From contig JAILDS010000013.1 of assembly GCA_024689165.1 (NCBI GenBank), forward strand, positions 1 to 37,279: DNA of 37,279 nt. Reading direction: 5' to 3'. Under the pieces are notes generated by a model. It searched no databases, was not told where the DNA came from, and saw only the letters and a list, made by a program, of their open reading frames with translations. Both the position numbers and the translations under genes were made by a program. The DNA is from Clostridia bacterium (GTDB lineage Bacteria > Bacillota > Clostridia > Oscillospirales > Acutalibacteraceae). Of this stretch, positions 29,611-37,270 are shown in pieces (the first letter of the stretch is position 1; each line of letters opens with the position of its first letter).

Positions 29611-32166
29611 ATGTCGTTTCTTATCATTTTCCGCAGGGCGGCGGTATGGTTCACAGCCATACTGATGTGCGTTCAGTCGTTCTTCGCCGGCATAAGGGGT
29701 GATACGTATATGCCGAAATCCGGTGATTTCACCGCTCCGAGCTCCTCTTACGCCGGTACGGCAGACTTCGACAGCCCGCTTTCGGGCTCAGTCGCGCTTG
29801 CTTCGAGCCTGAAAAACGGCGTTCAATGCGCGTACACGGACCCCGACAAGTCCGGTTACCGTATGGCGAACCAGAATATGGTGCTCACACACACTCTCGG
29901 CAAGGTCAACACCGCGACTCTGACCGACCCGGACGGCAACGTCTACATCAAAAACGGCTTTGACTGCTGGAGCAAGAACACCTCCGGCGGGGTTTACAGC
30001 TCCTCCGTCTCTTCAAAACCGGGGCGTGTGAACTCCGTAAGGCTCGGGATATACTACTGGGAGTGCCACGTCCGCGACCTTTACACCCAGACCGGTATGT
30101 TCCGCCCGGACAAGACCTTCCACGTTTATTCCGACAGGCTGTACCTTCAGTATTCCATGTTCGCAGATGAGGCGACCGACACACTCGACTCCTTCGGCAT
30201 GCAGACGGACATTCCGGTCAGTACCGTCGAAGCCGTGCAGATACGCGACAAAGACGGCGTTCACTCCGACCTGGATTTCGATCCGCAGACCGTCGAGTAC
30301 GCCGCGTTCGACATCAAGGACGTCGGCGTCGCAGCTTTTATCATCCCCGCCGACGGCTCTACGGCAAAGCTTGAGGTAAGCAAGCTTCTCGGCAGCTATT
30401 CCGTCGTTCAGACGGCGGCTTACGAAAGCGGTTCCGGGATCAACAAATACGACGAGACCGGCGATCATCAGACCTATTGCCCGACCTTCGGCTGCCGCGT
30501 CTATACCGACAGGACCCATGACTTCGCAGGCGTGGAAAAAGCCTCCTTTGAGGAAAGGAACCCCCTGACGGTAACGGTCAATTCCACGACTGCCGACGCT
30601 CAGGCCGTCGGCTATGAACCGCTCCGCGGGACCTACCGGGTCACCATGACCGGGACCGGGTTCAACGAGGCTTATTACGAAATACCCGACTTTCGCTTCG
30701 AGGCCGATCTCAGCGTCAGCGGCGACGGGTCCGACCGCGGCGTTTTCCTGCGCGTTTCCCCCGACTGCGGCATGCTTGAGGGCGCGGCCGTGTATGATGA
30801 AAACAGGCTTCTCGTCCCCATCGACTGCGAGGTGTGCAAAAACTTTCAGGGCGATTACGGCGACCGCAGTTACAGCTACGTCGACTACAGCTACTCCGAT
30901 ATAATCTTTCCGGCAGCTTTCGAAGAGGGTAAAGATACCCGCTTCATCGTTCAGGAGCTATATCAGAACTGGGGAAAAGTCCCGCTCAAACAGCTTTCGT
31001 CGATAGAGTTCCACACGTCTTATTACCATCTTTCGACCGGGGTGACGGAGACGAACTGCATCGCTCCGTACGGTGCCGACCTGAACGGCTGGCTGCTGCC
31101 CGATTTCCGCTGCGCGAGCGGCACGATGTGGTCCGGACAGCCTCAGTTCAACTCTCAGGGACAGCTGTACTTCTGCGTCGACCGGCGGACTGGCGCTCCC
31201 CTTCAGGGTGCGTTTACGGGCAACACGCTGGACAGCGTCGGGCAGACCTACGCAGACGCGACGCTTTATTTCCTCTCCCCGAGCGGGGATTATAAATATT
31301 CGCTCCGGCATATGGAGTTCCCTCAGACCGATGAGAACCGCACGTATTACACGATAGACCTCGAGTTCCTCCGGGACGCGTCGTTCAGCGACGTTTCGTC
31401 GCAGCTCGACCTGTTTTACATGGACGGGCGTTTCGTTCGTTTTGAATCACTGGCTTATCTGGACAGCGCGAACAACTCCGTCCTGACGGATATCGGAACA
31501 AACGGAAAAACGGTTTATCCGCTCGGGAGCGAGGCCCCGTACTTCTCATTTTTGAGCGTCTGCGAAGAATACCGGCACTATATCGGCGAGGGCTTCGGCT
31601 GCAACGTCGGCGTGCTTGTAAGGAACGCGACTCTTACCCGCGGCGGCGAAACGACCGCGCTGGGGCTTGCCGTCAGGGACGACGGCGCGGCTGACAAAAC
31701 GTCAGCGGCGCTCACGATCGACGGCGGCGGGATGAGCTTCGAAAAAGGCGACAGGATCCGCGTCGACATGATACTCCTTCCCTGGGGAACAGGGCTCGAG
31801 GAGACTCCTGACAACGTGCTGTACGTCCGTGAGGACAGCCTGCTCGCCCCCCTGACCGCTCAGGCGGAAACGGCTGTCCTGCAGGACGGCTTCCTTACGA
31901 GGGTCAGGGCCGAAAACAACTCGTGCGAATTCACCCTTTCGGGCGGCAGGAACAGCATGACCGTCAGCCTCGACGGCTTCTCCGTTCTCGGCGAGCTGAA
32001 GCTTTTCGAGCTTGTCGACGGGGAATACACTGCGGTCACGCTCTCGGGTCCGAACGGGCACGACGGGTATTCCGTCCACGTAAACGAGGACGGAACGCTC
32101 TCATACTCGTTTGTTTACGCCGCCGGGCCGGATACGGAACGCTCGTTCCGGGCCTTCATCGGATAA
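29611..32166 (+). CDS. Hypothetical 851-aa secreted/anchored protein with no recognisable family
   Basis: N-terminal hydrophobic helix AAVWFTAILMCVQSFFAGI. Long uninterrupted ORF starting 9 nt after the upstream gene, with codon usage like its neighbours. Aromatic- and Asp/Gly-rich, consistent with a beta-rich carbohydrate-active fold. Confidence 0.8.
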   Translation: MSFLIIFRRAAVWFTAILMCVQSFFAGIRGDTYMPKSGDFTAPSSSYAGTADFDSPLSGSVALASSLKNGVQCAYTDPDKSGYRMANQNMVLTHTLGKVNTATLTDPDGNVYIKNGFDCWSKNTSGGVYSSSVSSKPGRVNSVRLGIYYWECHVRDLYTQTGMFRPDKTFHVYSDRLYLQYSMFADEATDTLDSFGMQTDIPVSTVEAVQIRDKDGVHSDLDFDPQTVEYAAFDIKDVGVAAFIIPADGSTAKLEVSKLLGSYSVVQTAAYESGSGINKYDETGDHQTYCPTFGCRVYTDRTHDFAGVEKASFEERNPLTVTVNSTTADAQAVGYEPLRGTYRVTMTGTGFNEAYYEIPDFRFEADLSVSGDGSDRGVFLRVSPDCGMLEGAAVYDENRLLVPIDCEVCKNFQGDYGDRSYSYVDYSYSDIIFPAAFEEGKDTRFIVQELYQNWGKVPLKQLSSIEFHTSYYHLSTGVTETNCIAPYGADLNGWLLPDFRCASGTMWSGQPQFNSQGQLYFCVDRRTGAPLQGAFTGNTLDSVGQTYADATLYFLSPSGDYKYSLRHMEFPQTDENRTYYTIDLEFLRDASFSDVSSQLDLFYMDGRFVRFESLAYLDSANNSVLTDIGTNGKTVYPLGSEAPYFSFLSVCEEYRHYIGEGFGCNVGVLVRNATLTRGGETTALGLAVRDDGAADKTSAALTIDGGGMSFEKGDRIRVDMILLPWGTGLEETPDNVLYVREDSLLAPLTAQAETAVLQDGFLTRVRAENNSCEFTLSGGRNSMTVSLDGFSVLGELKLFELVDGEYTAVTLSGPNGHDGYSVHVNEDGTLSYSFVYAAGPDTERSFRAFIG

Positions 32167-32173
32167 ACAGACC

Positions 32174-32210
32174 GGGCGTCGGAGAAGCCTCTCCGACGCC
32201 CGTTTCTTTA
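32174..32210 (+). terminator. Intrinsic terminator between convergent genes
   Basis: GGGCGTCGGAGA (32174-32185), loop AGCC, TCTCCGACGCCC (32190-32201), then GTTTCTTTA. Confidence 0.75.
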
Positions 32211-32223
32211 TACCCCGCAGGTA

Positions 32224-33708
32224 TCAGGAATAGCCGATCGCGACGCAAAGCAGCATGAAAGCGATCGACAGCACGCCCTCGATAAGGAATATCGGCGCAG
32301 TGAAGCGAAGCCACTTCCTGTATGACACGCCCACCATACCGATGGCGATTATCATAAGACCGCTCGTCGGGTAGAGAAGGTTTGTAAAGCCGTCCGCAAA
32401 ACAGAAGGTAAGTACCATAGACTGCCGGGTCACGCCAAGCAGGTCGCACAGCAAGCTCATGAGCGGCACCACCAGAAAAGCTTTCGCCGTGCCGCTGCCG
32501 ATGAAGAACTCCAGCACCGCGATGAACGCGAACATCAGAAGGATCACCCAGTACGGTGAGATCCCGTTCATCAGCGACGCGACGGCGTGCAGGATCGTGT
32601 GCATTATCATGCCCTCGTTGAGCACGTAGGTTATCGCGAGGATGAATATTATCAGCGGGAGAACAGGCAGGATGGTCTTGACGCCCTCCCAGAAAGCTCC
32701 GAAAAGCTTCTTTCCCCTCAGGCCGTACACCCGGGCGGCAGCCAGCGCGCCTGCCGGGAAGAATATCGCCATGGTGCCCATAGAGCTGTATGAGCCGATA
32801 TCCGACATCAGCCCGTTGTCTGTTTTCGCGCCCACGACGCTGAGGACGAACGAGAGCACGATCCCGAGGAGAACGAACGCCAGCGAGAACAGAAAGACCT
32901 TCGTCGCTCTTGCCGAGTCGCTGTCGAGCAGGGCTTTGTCGCACTCCTCGATGGAATAACGATCCCGATAAGCGGCGTCCGTCTCGTAAGCGGGCGATTT
33001 TTCAGGGTGTTTTTCTATCCTTGAGGCGTATAAGATCAGAAAGCCCGTCAGGGACACGTAGACGGCCGCGAATACGATGAGCCTTAGCCACAGGCCCGAA
33101 AAAGTCACAAGCCCCGCGAGCCGCTGCACGGTGATGACGTTGAAAGGGTTGAACGTCGCCGCCGTGAAGCCGAAAGCCACCGCGACAAAGCTCATGCCGA
33201 TGCCCGTCAGAGAGTCCCAGCCCATCGCAAGAGCTATCGCGACGCTTATAGGCACGAGCGTCAGGCTCTCCTCCAATATGCCCGCCGTTGAAGACAGCGC
33301 CATGCCAACGAACACCATCACGGCTATCAAAAGGAATCGCCGCGACCTGAAACGCCGGACGATGACGGCCATCATGTATCTGAGGACGCCGATCTTGTCG
33401 AGGATCAGGAACGTGCCGCCGACTAGGATCAGTATCGCGATTATAGCCGCGCCGGTAACGGAGTTTGAAGAAGTAAAGGCCAGCACGGGCGAAAGAACGA
33501 TCTTCCAGATCGGCATGCGGTAATCGGGAAGCGTCTCGTAAGAACCGTCGATGACAGAGCCGTTTTCATCCAGAGCGTACTGCCCGCGCGGCACTATCTG
33601 AGTGCAGACGCCCGCGATAACGATGATAAAGACGAGTATCGCGGCGATACCGAACAGCGTTTTTTTGTCGACGTGCAGTCCTTCGGTTTTTTTGTTTTCT
33701 TCGCTCAT
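32224..33708 (-). CDS. YfcC-family (DcuC/AbgT-superfamily) membrane transporter
   Basis: About 12 hydrophobic helices. The N-terminal region KKTLFGIAAILVFIIVIAGVCTQIVPRGQY...PIWKIVLSPVLAF...AIIAILILVGGTFLILDKIGV is typical of YfcC / C4-dicarboxylate anaerobic carrier (PF03606). Confidence 0.88.
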   Translation of the reverse strand: MSEENKKTEGLHVDKKTLFGIAAILVFIIVIAGVCTQIVPRGQYALDENGSVIDGSYETLPDYRMPIWKIVLSPVLAFTSSNSVTGAAIIAILILVGGTFLILDKIGVLRYMMAVIVRRFRSRRFLLIAVMVFVGMALSSTAGILEESLTLVPISVAIALAMGWDSLTGIGMSFVAVAFGFTAATFNPFNVITVQRLAGLVTFSGLWLRLIVFAAVYVSLTGFLILYASRIEKHPEKSPAYETDAAYRDRYSIEECDKALLDSDSARATKVFLFSLAFVLLGIVLSFVLSVVGAKTDNGLMSDIGSYSSMGTMAIFFPAGALAAARVYGLRGKKLFGAFWEGVKTILPVLPLIIFILAITYVLNEGMIMHTILHAVASLMNGISPYWVILLMFAFIAVLEFFIGSGTAKAFLVVPLMSLLCDLLGVTRQSMVLTFCFADGFTNLLYPTSGLMIIAIGMVGVSYRKWLRFTAPIFLIEGVLSIAFMLLCVAIGYS

Positions 33709-33943
33709 CTTTTATGATACGAAAGCCTGCGCGCGGCAGTTCCGTGTCTCTGCCTACGCGCGAAAGGACGTTTTCGTAACAGACCGAACGATCCCGCTCA
33801 AAACGTCCGCAGCCGCAGCCCCCTTAAAAAATATTTTCCATCTTATACCGAGTCAATTTTGCTGTCAAGTTTTTTGGTCGCAAATGTCGAAAAAAAAACG
33901 TTCCGGCAGCTCCCTGGAACACGTTTCGGCAGGGTTTGTTTCC

Positions 33944-33972
33944 TTGACAGCTCAGAGCGCCGAATATATAAT
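33944..33972 (+). promoter_or_regulatory. Consensus promoter of the deoxyribosyltransferase gene
   Basis: TTGACA (33944-33949), 17 nt, TATAAT (33967-33972). Confidence 0.65.
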
Positions 33973-34017
33973 TCCTGTGATCGGACTTGAAGATCATATC
34001 GACGGGAGCGGAAGACA

Positions 34018-34443
34018 ATGAAAAGCGTTTATCTCGCGGGACCTTTTTTCAATGAAAACGAAATCAAGAATATCGAATGCGCCGAAAAGATACTCGGCGT
34101 CAGGGGCCTTGACCTTTTCAGCCCGATGAGGCACGGCGCGGCCGCAGAATACGGGACGGCCGAATGGGCGGAAGAGATATTCGAGACGGACAGAGCCGCG
34201 ATAGAAAAATCCGACCTTGTCGTCGCGCTGTATTACGGCAGCACGAGCGATTCCGGCACCGCGTGGGAATGCGGCTACGCGACCGCGCTCGGCAAGCCCG
34301 TCGTTCTCGTCCATATGGACAGAAACGACGATTCCAACGTCATGCTGCACGTCAGCGCGGCGACGAATATCTATTTTGACTCTCTCGCGGATTATGATTT
34401 CGAGCATATGCCCGTTTTCGGCTTTGAGGGCAAAATGTTCTGA
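34018..34443 (+). CDS. Nucleoside 2-deoxyribosyltransferase-family protein (PF05014)
   Basis: VYLAGPFFNENE..., DLVVALY and the catalytic block DSGTAWECGYATALGKPVV. Confidence 0.88.
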   Translation: MKSVYLAGPFFNENEIKNIECAEKILGVRGLDLFSPMRHGAAAEYGTAEWAEEIFETDRAAIEKSDLVVALYYGSTSDSGTAWECGYATALGKPVVLVHMDRNDDSNVMLHVSAATNIYFDSLADYDFEHMPVFGFEGKMF

Positions 34444-34492
34444 TTATCGCGATTTTTCGCTTTTTTTGTTTAATTGATGGGATGATGCCCCC

Positions 34493-35923
34493 TTAACTGC
34501 CAAGCATTTCGGCGGGCTCGATCAGGTAGATGTTTTTCTCTTTTTCGGCATGTTGTTTTACCGCATTGGTAAACCCGCCGAGAGAGAAAAGGTAATAGTA
34601 TATCGTTCCTTTGCGCTCGTGCTTTGCTTTCAGTTTGTCAAGCTCATGCAGATCGAACGCCTCGTTTCTGAACTTGCATTCTCCTATGATATAGTTCTTT
34701 TCTTTCTCGTCACAGGCAAGAATGTCGATCTCTTCCGGTGAGGCAAACGGTTTTCCGTTCTCATCGCGATGCGTCACGTTACCCCACCAGCGGCCGATTG
34801 CACCAATTTCAAACGGCGTTTTATCCTTCAAATCAAGTTCTCTTATATAAGCGATTGAGATTTCTTCAAACGCAACAGAAGCGAATCTGTGAAGGTTGGG
34901 CTGAACCTTTCTTTTCCAAATCCGTTCAATTCCTCCGCATTCTAAAAGAGAGAGGTTGTTATAAACAAACGCATACCAGAAACGGAAAAACGGATCGGTC
35001 AGCCGATAAGCGCCTCTGTTGACGTTTACTTTTTCATTCGGGCTTGTCAACACCGGAAACTCCCGTTTGATGATCCCCAGATCGATCAGGTTTTTTAGGT
35101 AAACGCTGAGCTTCGGTTTATCGATCTGAACCTTCAAATAAATGTCGTTGAACGCGGCGTTGCCGAGCGCGATCGCCTCGATCACGGTATTGTAAACGGA
35201 AGTTTCCCGCAGCTCCTGACGCAGCATAAATTCAACTTCATCAAAAAGAACGCTGCCTTTTGAGAGTATTTGACCCTTCACGTTTTCTTCTAAACCGACT
35301 GCCGGGTCAAACTGTCTGAGATAATGCGGGATGCCGCCCAAAATCGAATAGGCGATGATCTTATCTTCTTCGGAATAACTCGGGAAGAATTTGATCGCGT
35401 CAACGAAAGGAAGAGGTTCCATTTTGTATATTCCGGTCGCGCGCCCGTATAACGGATTCTTCACGCCGAGCAATTCATCCTCCATAAAACTGACGGAGCT
35501 TCCGCTGATGATCAGCATGATATTGGAACGGGAAAGAACGTGATCCCAAAGATTTTGAAGGATGGACGGAATACTTTTGTCGCCCTTGCACATATAGGGG
35601 AACTCATCCAGAACGACCACCGTCTTGCGGTCGTTTTCGATTTTTGCAAGCTCCGAAAAAGCGTCGCCCCAATCATTAAAAGCAGTAACATACTCCGCAG
35701 CAGGCGTGTTGAAAGACAAAACGGCGCGGGAGAAATGTTCACGCTGAACGATATCCGTGCATTCCCTGCAAGAGAAAAACAGATTCGGTTTGTCTTTACA
35801 GAACTCGGATATTGTTTCCGTTTTTCCGACGCGCCGCCTGCCGTACATGACGATAAACTCGGCATTCGGGCTGTTATACTTTTTGCTCAGAAAAGCAAGC
35901 TCTTCTTTTCGGCCGATAAACAT
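34493..35923 (-). CDS. AAA+ ATPase (PF01637/COG1672 type) with a DUF234 C-terminus carrying a PD-(D/E)xK nuclease motif
   Basis: FIGRKEEL..., Walker A YGRRRVGKTE, and Walker B VVVLDEFPYM. The C-terminus has EEIDILACDEKEKNYIIGECKF (D...ExK). ATG 35923 is preferred over the track's GTG 35935. The gene is visibly more AT-rich than its neighbours. Confidence 0.88.
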   Translation of the reverse strand: MFIGRKEELAFLSKKYNSPNAEFIVMYGRRRVGKTETISEFCKDKPNLFFSCRECTDIVQREHFSRAVLSFNTPAAEYVTAFNDWGDAFSELAKIENDRKTVVVLDEFPYMCKGDKSIPSILQNLWDHVLSRSNIMLIISGSSVSFMEDELLGVKNPLYGRATGIYKMEPLPFVDAIKFFPSYSEEDKIIAYSILGGIPHYLRQFDPAVGLEENVKGQILSKGSVLFDEVEFMLRQELRETSVYNTVIEAIALGNAAFNDIYLKVQIDKPKLSVYLKNLIDLGIIKREFPVLTSPNEKVNVNRGAYRLTDPFFRFWYAFVYNNLSLLECGGIERIWKRKVQPNLHRFASVAFEEISIAYIRELDLKDKTPFEIGAIGRWWGNVTHRDENGKPFASPEEIDILACDEKEKNYIIGECKFRNEAFDLHELDKLKAKHERKGTIYYYLFSLGGFTNAVKQHAEKEKNIYLIEPAEMLGS

Positions 35924-35945
35924 ATAAACCACCAACTAATTACAG

Positions 35946-35969
35946 TTTGTCAAATCCTCATTTGACAAA
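35946..35969. promoter_or_regulatory. Perfect 9-bp inverted repeat (candidate operator) at the ATPase transcription start
   Basis: TTTGTCAAA (35946-35954), spacer tcctca, TTTGACAAA (35961-35969). It lies immediately downstream of the -10 box of the 36001-35973 promoter. Confidence 0.6.
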
Positions 35970-35972
35970 GAT

Positions 35973-36001
35973 ATATTACTGCACTTTTTGTTTTTTGTCA
36001 A
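35973..36001 (-). promoter_or_regulatory. Consensus promoter of the ATPase-nuclease gene
   Basis: Minus strand: TTGACA (36001-35996), 17 nt, TAATAT (35978-35973). Confidence 0.6.
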
Positions 36002-36193
36002 GTCATATTGTGATCTTTCCTCTTGTATGATAGAATAACAGAGGAATTGGCTTGCACAAGCATTGAATTTGGTACCCAGATGCGGATTGTATCGTCTCTG
36101 CAAGCATCGCCGATGGGTACCCGTTTTCTCGCTTGCCATTATCTTGGCAAGCATCGCCATTAAATAATGTAGTTGAAACAGGAATATAATCAG

Positions 36194-37270
36194 ATGACAG
36201 AAGAAAAAATGAAGGTTTTGTTCGGCACAACGAATGAGAGCAAGCTTAAGACCATGCGGCGCATGACGGAAGGCCTCGGCATAGAGCTGATAGGGCTGAA
36301 AGACCTGAAAGCTCCTTTACCGCAGGTCGACGAATCCGGCGACGATATCCTTCGGAACGCTGAGCTGAAAGCGCGCGCTTATTGGCAGGCGTTTCATATC
36401 CCGGTTTTCTCCTGCGACAGCGGCTTGTTTTTTGACGGTCTGCCGTCCTCGCTTCAGCCGGGGACGCACATTCGCCGCGTGAACGGTAAAACCTTAAACG
36501 ACGATGAGATGATCGAATATTACGCTTCGCTCGCGCATTCACACGGAGGAGCGCTTGCCGCGAGATACCGCAACGCGATTTGTTTCATCTTGGATGAAAA
36601 CACCGTTTTCAAAAGCGCCGACGATTCGCTTGCGTCCGAGCCGTTCCTTCTGACGGACGTTCCGCATCCGAAGCGTGAAAAGGGCTATCCGCTGGACGCG
36701 CTGTCAAAGGATATCAAAACCGGGCAGTATTATTATGATCTTCCGGAATCCTGCGCCGATCACTCCGAGCTGGGCTTACGGGATTTTATAATAAACGCGC
36801 TGCGTGATACGCCGGGATCCTCTGATCCAGATATCCGCGTCATTCAGATCGGTCTTGACTATTATCCCGCTTGCACCGTGCTGTTCGGCGGCAATTGTCC
36901 CTTTTCCGGGACCTGCCTTGTGCAGCAGAAAGCGGGGAACCGCGAAGCCTATGCGCTGTTCGTAAACGGAGAGATCGCCGCGGAATGTCACCTTGTATAC
37001 GATAACCCGGAATATAGAACGATCCCCGGGAAACGGGCGTATTTCTCCCGCATGGTCACGCGCAAAGAATACCGCCGCCGGGGCTACGGTGAAACGATCG
37101 CTCGGTATATCCTTGACCTCGCAAAAACAAAGGGGTATCAAGAGATCGCCCTCGGCGTCAACTGCGACAATACCGCAGCCCTGCAGTTATATAAAAAACT
37201 CGGCTTCACGGTTTACGCGGAAGCCGAGGACGACTACGGGAAGTATTTCAGAATGGAACAAACCCTATGA
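36194..37270 (+). CDS. Fusion protein: Ham1/RdgB-like non-canonical NTP pyrophosphatase domain plus a C-terminal GNAT acetyltransferase domain
   Basis: N-terminal half: VLFGTTNESKLKTM, NAELKARAY, FSCDSGLFFDGLP, ARYRNAICFI and KGYPLDAL align by eye with the RdgB blocks ATGNxGK / ADDSGL / ARF / FGYDP. C-terminal half: RKEYRRRGYGETIARYILDLAKTKGYQEIALGVNCDNTAALQLYKKLGF (GNAT motif A). The start is ambiguous (TTG 36173, ATG 36194 or ATG 36209). Confidence 0.82.
   Translation: MTEEKMKVLFGTTNESKLKTMRRMTEGLGIELIGLKDLKAPLPQVDESGDDILRNAELKARAYWQAFHIPVFSCDSGLFFDGLPSSLQPGTHIRRVNGKTLNDDEMIEYYASLAHSHGGALAARYRNAICFILDENTVFKSADDSLASEPFLLTDVPHPKREKGYPLDALSKDIKTGQYYYDLPESCADHSELGLRDFIINALRDTPGSSDPDIRVIQIGLDYYPACTVLFGGNCPFSGTCLVQQKAGNREAYALFVNGEIAAECHLVYDNPEYRTIPGKRAYFSRMVTRKEYRRRGYGETIARYILDLAKTKGYQEIALGVNCDNTAALQLYKKLGFTVYAEAEDDYGKYFRMEQTL

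Noticed and set aside
32156-32944. 262-aa minus-strand ORF in another frame of the yfcC region
   Set aside because: It overlaps the YfcC transporter ORF on the same strand in a different frame and runs across the terminator hairpin. It is Arg/Pro-rich junk.
35936-36230. 74-aa and 75-aa minus-strand ORFs in the ATPase/Ham1-GNAT intergenic region
   Set aside because: They lie upstream of and across the ATPase promoter and operator, have no SD and a Cys/Leu/Ser-rich composition. The region is better explained as divergent regulatory DNA.
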